From NCBI GenBank assembly GCA_937625935.1, contig OW569350.1:434001-498000 (forward strand): a stretch of 64,000 nucleotides of DNA. The letters are read 5' to 3'. Source of the DNA: Tetramitus jugosus. Its lineage: Eukaryota > Protista > Heterolobosea. Shown here piece by piece: positions 22,947-34,048 of the stretch. The position numbers and the translations under genes are program-made. The stretch's first letter is position 1. Each line of letters begins with the position of its first letter. The notes beneath the pieces are model-generated. The model was given only the letters and a program-made list of their open reading frames with translations, was not told where the DNA came from and did no database searches.

Positions 22947-24575
22947 CTATCTCTTAGAATTCAAAACCATTTGAAGCATGTTCAACATGGATATGACCAA
23001 GTTCACAACCAGTAATATTGTGAAAAATCTGCATAGTTTGTGATAGGCATCCTTAAACTTGGAGGGCACTACCGAGAAGTAATATTTCATCGATAGATAG
23101 ATAAATATGGCCTCATAAACCTTTGCACCATCCAGCATGTAGACCGGAGCTAAATTCAAGAGTGCCAAAGCACTTGATAGAGCAAAGATGTACCGGCAAA
23201 GTTTCTCGAGGACAGCTAGCGTATTCAGTGAAAGAATACCAGAGAGTGGCGATATGACTCTAAAGTGAGATGTTTCAACTTGCTGATACAGAGAAGGTAT
23301 TGTTCCAAAGTAGATCACGTCAGGATCCTCGTCTGACTCCTGGAACCGGAAAACCTTGATTCTTATCAAATGTTCTCTGGACTCCTCCTGCACTGGTTCA
23401 TCACCATCCTGTTGCATTGGAGCAACACAAATGTCATCTTCGTTTTCGCACTGCTTGATACATGGCGTGTACTTTGTTACATCTCTAGCAATCATGCATG
23501 TTCTGTGAAACTCTGGTCCAGAGGACAAAAATGCTTCATCTTTGACATCGAAACACAATTGACGTTCGTGCATCTTTGAACAACAAGCATCTCCAAAAGT
23601 TTTATAACTCTCTGTCAAAACTTTTCTTGGTACACAGTATCCGTCATGCTGTTGCATCATTTCTGTGAGACACTTTGTCCATGCTTCCTGATTTGGTGTA
23701 GCACAGTGTCCCACAGCAGTAATATAAGCTGATTGTCCATGCAAAAGATCCTTCAATGGACTATCGTCATCAATACGCTCCACGAACACTCCATCATGGC
23801 CATTCATCACCTCCAGATTTGTCTCAATCAGCGACGTTGGATAACCAGAAGAGCAGAAAAACAACATGATGACGAGAACAATCAAGCACAGGACAATGTT
23901 GTGCCAAGCACCAGCACAAAATATTCTCAATCGTCCAAGAAACGATGACCGATTCAAATCCATTGTTGGCAACACTACATAGGCACTCGGAAACATAAAG
24001 AACAAGTTGAATCCAACAGCATCGGTGCGAATCTTGTCAGCTGCAGCAGCAATCGCATGTCCAAACTCATGAACCACTGCACAAATAAACAGAGCAATAA
24101 TCATGTGAGGAATGTCTCCAACAGGCACATTCACACCTGGTATCAACATGACCAGTGACATGTCAGTAGAACTTGGTTGATGTTGCAACACATCTGTGCC
24201 ATTGGCCGCTGGTACACTTGGACCAAATATTGTGTTTCCAGTGTCGATTCCAAGAATGGATGCCATTGCGCCCATCTTTGTAACCACAAAATAAACCACA
24301 TGACCAACGAGAAACAAGCTGCACACCACAGATAAGATCAATGATATCAATGTACCGACATTGAACCATATCCGTAGTGCCTTTTGATACTTTTGACCTA
24401 GTTTCATCAACACACCTGAGAACTTGTCAGTTTCGTAGCCAACAGATCCCAGTGAGTGTGTACATGATGTTTGATCCAATACTTTTTGATATGTTTTTTC
24501 ACCCAGGACATATTTTACAATGGTGAATGGCACCCATAACAGTGCCAATAGACAAATGAACAATAATGTGTACAT
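22947..24575 (-). CDS. MBTPS2: Site-2 protease (peptidase M50)
   Basis: LIPGVNVP; HEFGHAIAA; RIFCAGAWHN; Cys-rich insert; LNLAPVYMLDG. Confidence 0.93.
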   Translation of the reverse strand: MYTLLFICLLALLWVPFTIVKYVLGEKTYQKVLDQTSCTHSLGSVGYETDKFSGVLMKLGQKYQKALRIWFNVGTLISLILSVVCSLFLVGHVVYFVVTKMGAMASILGIDTGNTIFGPSVPAANGTDVLQHQPSSTDMSLVMLIPGVNVPVGDIPHMIIALFICAVVHEFGHAIAAAADKIRTDAVGFNLFFMFPSAYVVLPTMDLNRSSFLGRLRIFCAGAWHNIVLCLIVLVIMLFFCSSGYPTSLIETNLEVMNGHDGVFVERIDDDSPLKDLLHGQSAYITAVGHCATPNQEAWTKCLTEMMQQHDGYCVPRKVLTESYKTFGDACCSKMHERQLCFDVKDEAFLSSGPEFHRTCMIARDVTKYTPCIKQCENEDDICVAPMQQDGDEPVQEESREHLIRIKVFRFQESDEDPDVIYFGTIPSLYQQVETSHFRVISPLSGILSLNTLAVLEKLCRYIFALSSALALLNLAPVYMLDGAKVYEAIFIYLSMKYYFSVVPSKFKDAYHKLCRFFTILLVVNLVISMLNMLQMVLNSKR

Positions 24576-24904
24576 GATTCTCTCAGTATTATTTCAATAA
24601 ATTCTTCGCTTCTTCTCGATGGAGTAATGATGATTTAACAACTATGTTGCTCTCGCAATATTTATTATCGTCTGTAACAACAGTTGTTATGTTGAATGTA
24701 AATGTACAGTAGTATTCTCTCTCGTACAAAGACTCGCCTGTTTGTGATTTGAATTCGTTGTTTATCCCTCACACAAACGAACCCGACAAATTACACGTTT
24801 GCTCAAATTTTGATTTTGAGAGAACTTACGTGTTTTTGGAGGAGAATGCGGAGAAATAAGTGAATCTCCGTTTTCCTTGTTCAACCAAGTGCGACAGATT
24901 GTGT

Positions 24905-27900
24905 TTAGCCTGCCAGCAGAACATCACCGTCTTCATCTACCATGGGTATCGCAAAGTCAGTCATCATCTTGGTCAGCTCGTCATATCCTTCCTTCAACTG
25001 AGTAGGACTTTGGTTCTCTGAATCGAGCTCGAACACAGATCCATCAGAACCATCACCATTATCGCCATTATTATCAGTCATCAGACTGAGAAGCGAAGTG
25101 TTGTTTAGTTGAACCAAAGATCGACGAGCAAGAATATTCTGGAGAGTAACTTCTTCTTGATCTTTCTCAGATTCTCCAGCACGCTTCAAGCTAAGCATCT
25201 GGAACATGTCTGACGAGCGCAGACACTCTTCAATAGATGCGTTGCTAATTTGTTCGAATTCACCATGTGTCATCTTACCTATACAGTCGGTTTTCCTTTT
25301 AACAAGCATTTGTATCTTAGGGATAACTCTAATTGGCCTATATGATAATGCAGGTTGTTGAATGGAAAAGGGTTGTACCTGAGTCATAGGTGTCATAACC
25401 TTCTGAATCATCTGTCCACTCATCGACAATGGTGTAACTGGTCCTTGACCCAGAGTAAAGGAGCTGGATGGCACGACTGTGTTTGCACCTTGAAAGAGTT
25501 GAGACATTATTGGCACACTAGTAGAGGCAGAAGGAACAGCAAAGGGAAGTGGAGAATGGGAAAGAGGTGGGATAGTTGGCTGGGGCAGCACCTGCGGAAT
25601 GAACTCATACAATGGAAACTCTCCTGGTCTACATAGAGGTGGATCAAGTATCTCCAATGGGACAGTGGCGACTTCAGACAAAGGACAGTAGCTCTTAAAG
25701 CTCTGTAATGGTTTCTTCTGCATCTGATTGATATTGTTCGCAGCAATAACCAAGTTCTTGTAGTTTTGTATCTGTTGTTTTTCATTGAGGTCAGAGGAGC
25801 TAGTCATTGAGCGAACTCTACTTTGAGGTTGTGTAGAGCTGCGTGGCTTGGCTCGCGACGGTCTTGACTTATCTGTCTTTTTAACCAATCTGGACCTAAT
25901 CTCCTCGATTTTCTTCTCTCCAAATTTAAGAAGTCTTTGGACCTCCTTGACAACATTTGACTTTGATTCATTAATGGTCATAACGTTATCACATAAAAGT
26001 TTAAAATCTTCCTCAAACAACGTGAGTTTCTTATACTTCTTGTTACTCATTTCAGCGAGACCTAAACAAGCCAAATCTGCTTGACCTTCGTTTGTTTCTA
26101 CTTGTAGTAGATACTGATTACTATCCTCTTCTATCAAGCAGTGAATTAACTCAGTAATAGTCTCTGACATGGGCCGAGCACCATTTTTTGAAATAGTTTT
26201 AGGAGTCATGACTGGTACTTTCTCCTGTTGCTTTGCTGGAACCTCTGGTTTGATCTCATCAGGTTCTTCGGGTTGTGTAGCTTCATTCGCTTGACCAGCA
26301 ACCTCATCTATTAATGCTTGTTCAACCTTTTGAGGTTTATAGTGGGAAACGCTTTCAAAATGCTGTAAGACCTTCGAACTGTCTATTGGGCTCTCCTTGA
26401 CTAAAATGTAGTACAAATCTTTCTTCCATCTTCTAAAGACACGAAGCAATCGATTAGCCTCTTTAAAATACACTGAACTTGAGGTGTTAAACTTTTTTGC
26501 GTTTGCAAAAACCAGCTCGATATCCTCCTCGAACAGCCTCCAATTATTTGAGTACAAATCCTGTGAAATATTTTTCTCAATAGTTGAAAAGTCCATTGGC
26601 TTTTCAATTGTGTCAGTGTATCCGGGAACTCCCTCAACTGGATAGAGGAATATTTGATAGACATCCGCCTCTTGAAGTTTTTTCAAGAATGAGGACTGTA
26701 AACTCTTCAGAACGTCATCATCCATCGGGGGTAAATCGAGTTCATTCGCTGGAGGCGGTCTCTGGCCATACTTTCTCTTCACAGAGGATGGTCGCTTTGG
26801 AGTTGTACTTGAAGATGCTGATTCATCATGTGACTCATCATCCTCGTCCTCATCTGCAGCTTTGGTATGACCTCGCTTCTGGGCACCCCTAGTTTCAGGT
26901 ACAGACTCCTGCTTCATTGGTGTTTCAATCGCTTTCTCCTTTTTTGTTTTAGCCTTGGCGGGTGTGGAAGACGCAACTTGTGGCTCAGCACTCTTTTTCG
27001 GTACACTAGCAGCCTCTGAAGCAGCATGGTGTAACTGTATCGACTGTACAGTCGGATCGATCTTCTTAATCATGGCCTTTGCCTGCTTATGGAACAATGT
27101 AGAGGCAGCATTATACTTCGTAGCATTGACAAATATATTCAATAAACTAGCTCTAAAATCAGCCCAATTCTTAATATGGCCACCAGCAATCTTCTTCTTT
27201 AAGGTTTGGAAGTCAAGGGGGCGCTCGATCAACTGGTAGTACCCTGGAACAGAACTCTCAACAGGTTCATAAAATATGGCTTGTGAATCCAATTTTTTCA
27301 ACTCATCAATCACAAGATTAAACAACTTCTTCAATTGCGCTTGAGAGATATCTTCTTCTGAAGAACCTTCGTCCTCTGGTTCTGTGATAAGCGCTTTATC
27401 AGATATCTTCTTTAATAGTGACTCGGCTTCTTTGTCCAATCGCTGAGCTTCTTCATGAAATATTGTTTTTGGTGGATTAAATTGCATCGCATTCTTGAAC
27501 ATGACCACCAAATCACTCTATAGTAAAATATCAAATGGAAACAAATAACACACAAAGTTTGTTACTATCGACACCTCTGCAGCCATTATCACCACCTAAA
27601 TGCAATACAAAACACATACCTTAAAAGCACCAACATTCTTATACTTCAATTGACAAAGGTTGGACTTTAGAGTAGAGAGATCCATTGGACGCTTGATCAC
27701 AGAAGAATAACCAGGAACATCCACTTCACTTACAGGATAATGGAAAATCATCTGTGAATCTGATTCATAGAGCTTGTGTATTATTTTGATCAGGTCAGAA
27801 GAGAGAATAGACTGTGTGCCATGACTCGTTGTTTCATCCTCAAGTACAGTGCTACTACCACTGCCTTCGTCAGTTGTTTTGGATCTCTTTGATCGTTTAG

Positions 27901-28140
27901 TTGTTGAATTGCTACTGCTTGATGAAGCTTCTGCTGCATTGCTCACATCATTGTCATCATCCAACTCATCACGCTTTCTTTTCGTTTTTGAATCTGAATA
28001 TTTGAAAGAAAAATTTGATTTCAATAGGTTGGCGACATTTGTTGACGAAAAATGTTGATGCATGAAAATGTTTGCATACCTTCGTTCGCCTTTGTGCTGT
28101 TCTTTTTGCTTGTTGAGGTTTTCTTTCCCTTTTTGGTCAT
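24905..28140 (-). CDS. Multi-bromodomain protein (three complete plus one degenerate); introns about 27994-28079 and 27518-27620
   Basis: Repeated IFxxPV..VPGY..I.RP(M/L)D(L/F)ST..NA..(F/Y)N motifs. Confidence 0.85.
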
Positions 28141-28614
28141 CTTATCAACAATTTCAGTCTGTGGTTGTAATTTGATCTGATAACTGAAAAAATGTGTCAG
28201 ACGGTGGTCGTGTGATGTGAAATGTCAAGGTTATCTTGTCGCAAGTGACAGAGGAAAGCGAGTGTTGTCGCCAAAAATTCCAACTTACATTTTTCGTAAC
28301 GATCACAAGAATGATTGTTTGATGAAAAAATGTGAGCGGTATTTCGCGCTTTTAAAAATTTGGAGGGAACAATAAGTCCGATACTCGACCCATCAACACA
28401 AAGTCCAAGATTCATGTCGTTCAGAATCTCACTCAATTCCACCTGTTTCATACCTCAATCCATGAAAGTTGTATTCTCGATTGCCGTTCCATTTTTCTTC
28501 GACCAATTTGAACTCTCGTCGTTGTAATGAATTTTTGAGTCAACCATTTTTTCACCGACACCAAAAGCACGCAAACAACAACACAACAACATCTATTGCT
28601 TGTTCAATTAGAAA

Positions 28615-30253
28615 ATGCTTTCACGTCAATTTTCCAGAAATTTGGTTAAGCCTTTTGTGAGAAACAACGGCTTGTTGTACTTGTAAGTGCAAGATCTTTG
28701 TGCATTTGATGTTTTCTCTGTCTGACCGTACAAATTTACTGAAAATCAATTTTTTGTTGTTTTAGGAGCACCAAACCATGCACCAAGTCCGCTTCAGTTG
28801 ATGCAACTCACTCTATTATCAAGTCTGACGCTAAACCAATTGAAAACACGATTGGATATGTTTTGTCATTGAACGCTCGAACCAACCCATACGCAAACGC
28901 TATCAAAGCACCACACCAACATTTTACATGGTCGTTTAACACATTGAAGAGACATGTTGAAGCCTTCGCAAATGGTGTCATAGAAATTGGCTTAAGGCCA
29001 GGTGATCGTCTTGGTCTCATTCAAGGAGCCAATGCTGAGAATGTATGTTTTGTGATGTGTGTGAAATAATGTCGAAGTGATTGTAGTTGTGAAGGTGATG
29101 ATGATGAAAATTGTGCATGATTGCTGTATTGACACTGTTATATTATTTCGTTTGTCATTTTGATTGCTATTTTTTCTACCTGTAGTTTGTTGCTTTGCTC
29201 GGTTGCGCCAAGGTTGGATCCAGTCTCGTCCAATTCCCAGAAGTCAAGTCAGCAAAGGACTTGGCCCGTTTTATTGAATTGTTCAGACCAAGAGTTTTGA
29301 TGATGCCAACAAAGGTTGGAAAGACAAACTATTTGAACATGCTTCACGAAGTTGTTCCAGAGTTCCAAAAGGGAGCATTCACTATTCCAGTGAAGAGCAA
29401 GCGTTTCCCATTTTTGAAGCAAATTTTGTTGACTGATGAGAAGGTTGCACCACAAGAGGGCACACAGAAATTTAAGGATATTTTGGTTTATGGACCGTTT
29501 GGATACTATGAAAACCCATTGCGCAGATTGGCTTTGAGCATTGATAAGGAAACACCTGCTCTTATCTTGTTGGACGGAACTGATCCAAACAAATCAACAC
29601 CTTATGTTTTCTCTCACAAAAACTTGCTGACTGCTGGTACCGCTCTTGCTACCAAGCTTGGATTGCAACAGGGAGATCGTGTCCTTGTTCCTAAATATTT
29701 GGAAGCTACTTTTGGTTCCGTTTTGGGTAACTTTGCATCATTCACTAGTGGTGCTACCTTAATATACCCAGGTGAGGAATATGACGCAACATCAACACTG
29801 AAGGCTGTCGCTGCTGAGAAGGCCAACGTTATTTTTGTTCAATCCAATGACTTGCAAGAAATTGTCAACTTGAAGGACATTGGTCAAATTGATTTGAGCT
29901 CTTTGAAGTTCATTGTCACCGATACAAACGTCAATGATTCTCTCTTGTCAAAGTTGCAAACCACCATACCAAATGCCTCTATTGTGAGAGTTGGTGGATT
30001 GGCACCAACAAGTGGCTTGTTCACCATTGATGGTGAAGTTGTTGCTAACACCGAGATCAAGATTACAAGACCACAAGACTCCAAGGTTGTCCATCATGAT
30101 ACATTCGGAGACTTGAAGGTGAAGGGAGACTTGGTTGCCAAGGGTGTTTGGAACGATATCGGTCTAATGAATCAAGATATTGACGAGGAAGGCTGGCTAA
30201 GCACTGGCAAGATTGCCAAGATCAGCAAGGACGGCCAAATCGTGCTCAAGTAA
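28615..30253 (+). CDS. Mitochondrial acyl-CoA synthetase-like (AMP-binding) protein, degenerate and truncated; introns 28683-28765 and 29043-29185
   Basis: GLRPGDRLG; CAKVG; FPFLKQI; FSHKNL; GDLKVKGDLVAKGVWND; IDEEGWLSTG; presequence MLSRQFSRN. Confidence 0.85.
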
Positions 30254-30375
30254 ACAGGGAGGGTTCCCGCTGTAAAAAACACAAATTATTAAATTTTTGG
30301 CCTATTCTCTCGAAGTTGACGTTTGACAGTGAAGTCTCCTCGTTTTTGAAAATCAACCGATATCAAACCAACATC

Positions 30376-31539
30376 ATGGAGCACTACCAATTATTGAGCA
30401 CGTTGCATGAGAGCGAAGCTGCCACTGTAAAATTGGCCAAGCATCGCAAAACTGGACAACGTTTCGTCATGAAGACCATCAGAGTTCCTTCGCAGGACTC
30501 TGACGATGATGACTCTGATTCGGACATTGGTGATGAGGATGCAGCACGAGTAGTTGTTGATGTTTCCGGGGGAGCATACGAGGACAGTAGCGATGATGAG
30601 TGTAGTGACGAAAACGATGAAAGTGTTGGAAATGGCGCAGCTGCCATATCGATATCAGTTGATCTGACAACACCTGGTCGCGACAAGACACAACGAGAGA
30701 GCGATCATCATGAAACGAGCCAATCAACGGTGGAGCCAAACGGAGAGGAAGACTTGGAGTTGAACAACAAGAATGTTCAAAAGTTTGAGAGAGATCGTGA
30801 CTCCATTCGATCGATTCAACAGGAAATATTGGTAATGCAGCAGATCAAGTCCTACAGTACGAAGACGGATGAGAACGGAGGACACGAGGGAACAAATCAC
30901 GTTATACAACTTCATGAGATATTGGAAGATTTGGATCATAATGCAATTGTTCTCGTTGAAGAGTATGTCTCGGGTGGTGATTTGTTGGATCTTGTCCAGG
31001 AAGGAAGAATACCGATTGATACAGTGAGAAAGTACTTTAGACAGATGTTGCTGGGAACTCAGTTCTTGCACAGAGCAGGCATCGCACACAGAGATATCAA
31101 GCTAGAGAATATATTAGTAGATCGAGAGAATGGTGTGTGTAAGCTCGCTGATTTTGGATTTGCAGGAATTATGTTTACAAGCAACAAAACAAAGAGGAGA
31201 TTGTTTTCAGATTTGGCTGGCACATTTTGTTATTTGAGTCCAGAGCAGCAACAAGTAATGGTATCTGATGGATCTTATGATGGAGAGTTAGTCGATGTAT
31301 GGAATTTGGGTTGCGTGTTGTACATGATGCTCACCGGGAGTAGTCCTTTTGAATCTGACGCCGATGAGGAAGAGGATGACCCAGCTGAAATTCGTCAAAA
31401 TATTATGGATCTAAGAGTCGATTTTGAATATAGAGTATTTACCAATGAACCAAGATTGAAACAGTTGTTGAGTGAGGGAATGCTCGTTTATGTTGATCAG
31501 AGATGGTCACTCCAAAAGGTCTTGGACTTCAAATGGTAA
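30376..31539 (+). CDS. Ser/Thr protein kinase (CAMK/AMPK-like)
   Basis: VMK; EYVSGGDL; HRDIKLEN; KLADFGFA; GTFCYLSPE; DVWNLGCVLY. Confidence 0.92.
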   Translation: MEHYQLLSTLHESEAATVKLAKHRKTGQRFVMKTIRVPSQDSDDDDSDSDIGDEDAARVVVDVSGGAYEDSSDDECSDENDESVGNGAAAISISVDLTTPGRDKTQRESDHHETSQSTVEPNGEEDLELNNKNVQKFERDRDSIRSIQQEILVMQQIKSYSTKTDENGGHEGTNHVIQLHEILEDLDHNAIVLVEEYVSGGDLLDLVQEGRIPIDTVRKYFRQMLLGTQFLHRAGIAHRDIKLENILVDRENGVCKLADFGFAGIMFTSNKTKRRLFSDLAGTFCYLSPEQQQVMVSDGSYDGELVDVWNLGCVLYMMLTGSSPFESDADEEEDDPAEIRQNIMDLRVDFEYRVFTNEPRLKQLLSEGMLVYVDQRWSLQKVLDFKW

Positions 31540-31544
31540 ATAAA

Positions 31545-33800
31545 CTACTTATTGATCCAATTACGAGATGATTCAATCAATGATTTCCATCTACCAATAG
31601 AATTATTGGCTTCTTCGATGAGATCTCTTTGATCAATTCCTTTTTCCTGTAGTGCCTGTACCAGTTTCCCCACGAGCGAACCAGCACCTTCAAGTTCTGC
31701 AAAGATGGAGTTTGGATGAGAAGCAACCGTATCAGTATTATGACTTAGTTCTTCATAGACATTCCTCATACAAGACTTGATCACACTGGCTGTCCATGGG
31801 GCATCGGGGTTTTTAGCAGAAAAACTGGTCAGGCTCTTGTCGATATTCTTGATTAATTCAGCAGGAATGTTGTGACTTCTGGCTCTTCTCTTGACTTCAT
31901 AGTCTGATGTAAGAACGATAACATTTTTGTTGAATCCAAGTTCTTTGCTCCAGAACATGGCAACCTCTAATAACTTGAGATCATTGTAGAGATTACCATG
32001 TGCATTGGGAGTACTGAAAAAGGAAGTATTGCTTGATTTCAATAACAGTTCTCCCTGATGAGCACCTAGACACGTCATAAACTTCATTCTACTACACTTT
32101 TCCATATATCCCTGGTCTGATTGTATCTGCCTGCGAATTGCTTCTCTGAGCCATTCTCTGTGTTCTTTTGATTTGCGGTGATCGAGTTCCTGCATCACGG
32201 TATCTGTTACAATCAAATGAATCTTATCACCGTCTCTCTCTAGCGATGTTCCAAATTGACCAGCTAGTGCTTTACTAATCAGGCTCTTAAAGTTAAAGCT
32301 ATGACAGAACCGATAATCTGATGGCGAGACAAATTTTGGCCCATCGATCATATTCAAGATAGCACACGTATCAATGAATATATAGGTTGGTAGATCTGAG
32401 ACAAATTTTTCGTCGACTGAAACTGGCTTTGTGTCTGGAAGAGATTGTTCTTCCTTTGTTTCCGGTGTTGGACTTTGTTGTTTCATTTTCTGAATCTTGT
32501 CCTTGGCATCAGTCAACAGAGTGGATTCCTCTGGCTTCTGATACTGCAAGTGGAAGACATAGAGATGGACCTTACACTTTTGATTCTCTTCAGTTGATTG
32601 GTCCAATAAACAACAACTATTTGGTCCACATTTTACACGATCGGAAGCTTCACATGGACGGAGAAGAGACTTGAAATCGTATTCCTTCTCCAATAGTTCC
32701 ACATTGATAAAATTGAATTCTAAACGGAGCCATATGGGAGCATAGTGATCAGCTGCTGTGACTTCATTCGATTGAGTACTGCTACCGGAGATGATGGATT
32801 CGGTCGGTTCTTCATTTTCACTGTAGTGAGCTTCTTCCAGATCGATTGTTTCTGTCTCCGAGTCGTCAATTGCATCAACGTGTTGGTTTCTATTGTTGCG
32901 CATCAGTGTTGGTTTCATTCTGGGATAGAACCTTGAGTTCTCAATTGCCTGGAACAACAGGATTGCACCTCGAGTCGTAATTCTATTGTGACTCAAATGA
33001 ATCTCAACAAGACCATACGGCAATTCCGATACCAGTTTTGCCAAGTGTTGCGCACCGACATCACCAATACTATTCTTCCACAACTTGAGAGCATTCACTT
33101 GAATGGTACTCGAGCGAGACAACAGATAGGACACCAGTTTCTCAATACCAGAGTCTGAAAATTGATTCTCTTGCATCTCTAGATTACATACGAGTACTTG
33201 TTTTTGTTCAATGATACCCTTGACTTTTTCTGATCGATCCATCCATTGGAGGAACAAGTCTACATCGGAATCGTCCATGTTTTGACATGATAACTGTACG
33301 TTGGCAATGGGTCCTCTGCTCGTACTGATTGAAAATGGTTTCTTCTTCTTGTAGGCAAATGCAGTTGATGATGATGCAGCAGCAGCAGTGTGCTTCTTCT
33401 TGAATGCAAAATCATTCTTTTTGTTGCTGATTGAGAGACTCTGTTGATCTCTATTGTTGTTGCTACTCTTGTTGTTGTCGTTGTTATTGTTCAAAGAATA
33501 CTTATCATTGGAAAATGTGGTAGTGTTGTTGTTCTTTGGCTTGTTTTTCAGTGGCTTGTTAGTGTTGTTCATGTTGTTCTTCTGCTCTGCACCCACTGGC
33601 TTTTTATTCTTATTTGGTGTTTGCTGCTGTTTCTGTTGTTGCTGCTGAAGTTTCTTGTTGTTGCCATTGCTGTTATTGTTGTTGTTCGATGCAGTAGTAG
33701 TCGTAGCTTTGAGGGCAGTGGTCACCAAATTGAGTCTCTTCAATTCTTTTTCCAATGAATCAAATAAATTAGAATCAGATGAGGTAGTGGATGATGACAT
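31545..33800 (-). CDS. LRR (RNI-like) plus PIN-domain (Swt1/Smg5-6-type) protein
   Basis: LRRs: LEMQENQFSDSG, LKLWKNSIGDVGA, EIHLSHNRITTRGA. PIN: IFIDTCAIL, VTDTVMQELD, NDLKLL, VLTSDYEVKRRARSHNIPA. Confidence 0.8.
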   Translation of the reverse strand: MSSSTTSSDSNLFDSLEKELKRLNLVTTALKATTTTASNNNNNSNGNNKKLQQQQQKQQQTPNKNKKPVGAEQKNNMNNTNKPLKNKPKNNNTTTFSNDKYSLNNNNDNNKSSNNNRDQQSLSISNKKNDFAFKKKHTAAAASSSTAFAYKKKKPFSISTSRGPIANVQLSCQNMDDSDVDLFLQWMDRSEKVKGIIEQKQVLVCNLEMQENQFSDSGIEKLVSYLLSRSSTIQVNALKLWKNSIGDVGAQHLAKLVSELPYGLVEIHLSHNRITTRGAILLFQAIENSRFYPRMKPTLMRNNRNQHVDAIDDSETETIDLEEAHYSENEEPTESIISGSSTQSNEVTAADHYAPIWLRLEFNFINVELLEKEYDFKSLLRPCEASDRVKCGPNSCCLLDQSTEENQKCKVHLYVFHLQYQKPEESTLLTDAKDKIQKMKQQSPTPETKEEQSLPDTKPVSVDEKFVSDLPTYIFIDTCAILNMIDGPKFVSPSDYRFCHSFNFKSLISKALAGQFGTSLERDGDKIHLIVTDTVMQELDHRKSKEHREWLREAIRRQIQSDQGYMEKCSRMKFMTCLGAHQGELLLKSSNTSFFSTPNAHGNLYNDLKLLEVAMFWSKELGFNKNVIVLTSDYEVKRRARSHNIPAELIKNIDKSLTSFSAKNPDAPWTASVIKSCMRNVYEELSHNTDTVASHPNSIFAELEGAGSLVGKLVQALQEKGIDQRDLIEEANNSIGRWKSLIESSRNWINK

Positions 33801-34048
33801 GGATGAAAAATAATAAATAGGTTGGAAGTGGACTGGTGGTATGTGAGTTGGTTGGTTGGTTGGTGATCGTTGCGGTTGTTGTTGCGTGAATTTGCTTTTT
33901 CTGAGATGCTGTGAAGTTCGACTCCAAATGAAACTTGTTTGATTCGAGCTGGAGATTGAACTTGGTGTGAATAATTCCGATAGCTTGCGACAAACCGTTT
34001 ACGATTCAGGATTCAACACTCCTTCTGTTCCATTCATTCCTCAAAGCA

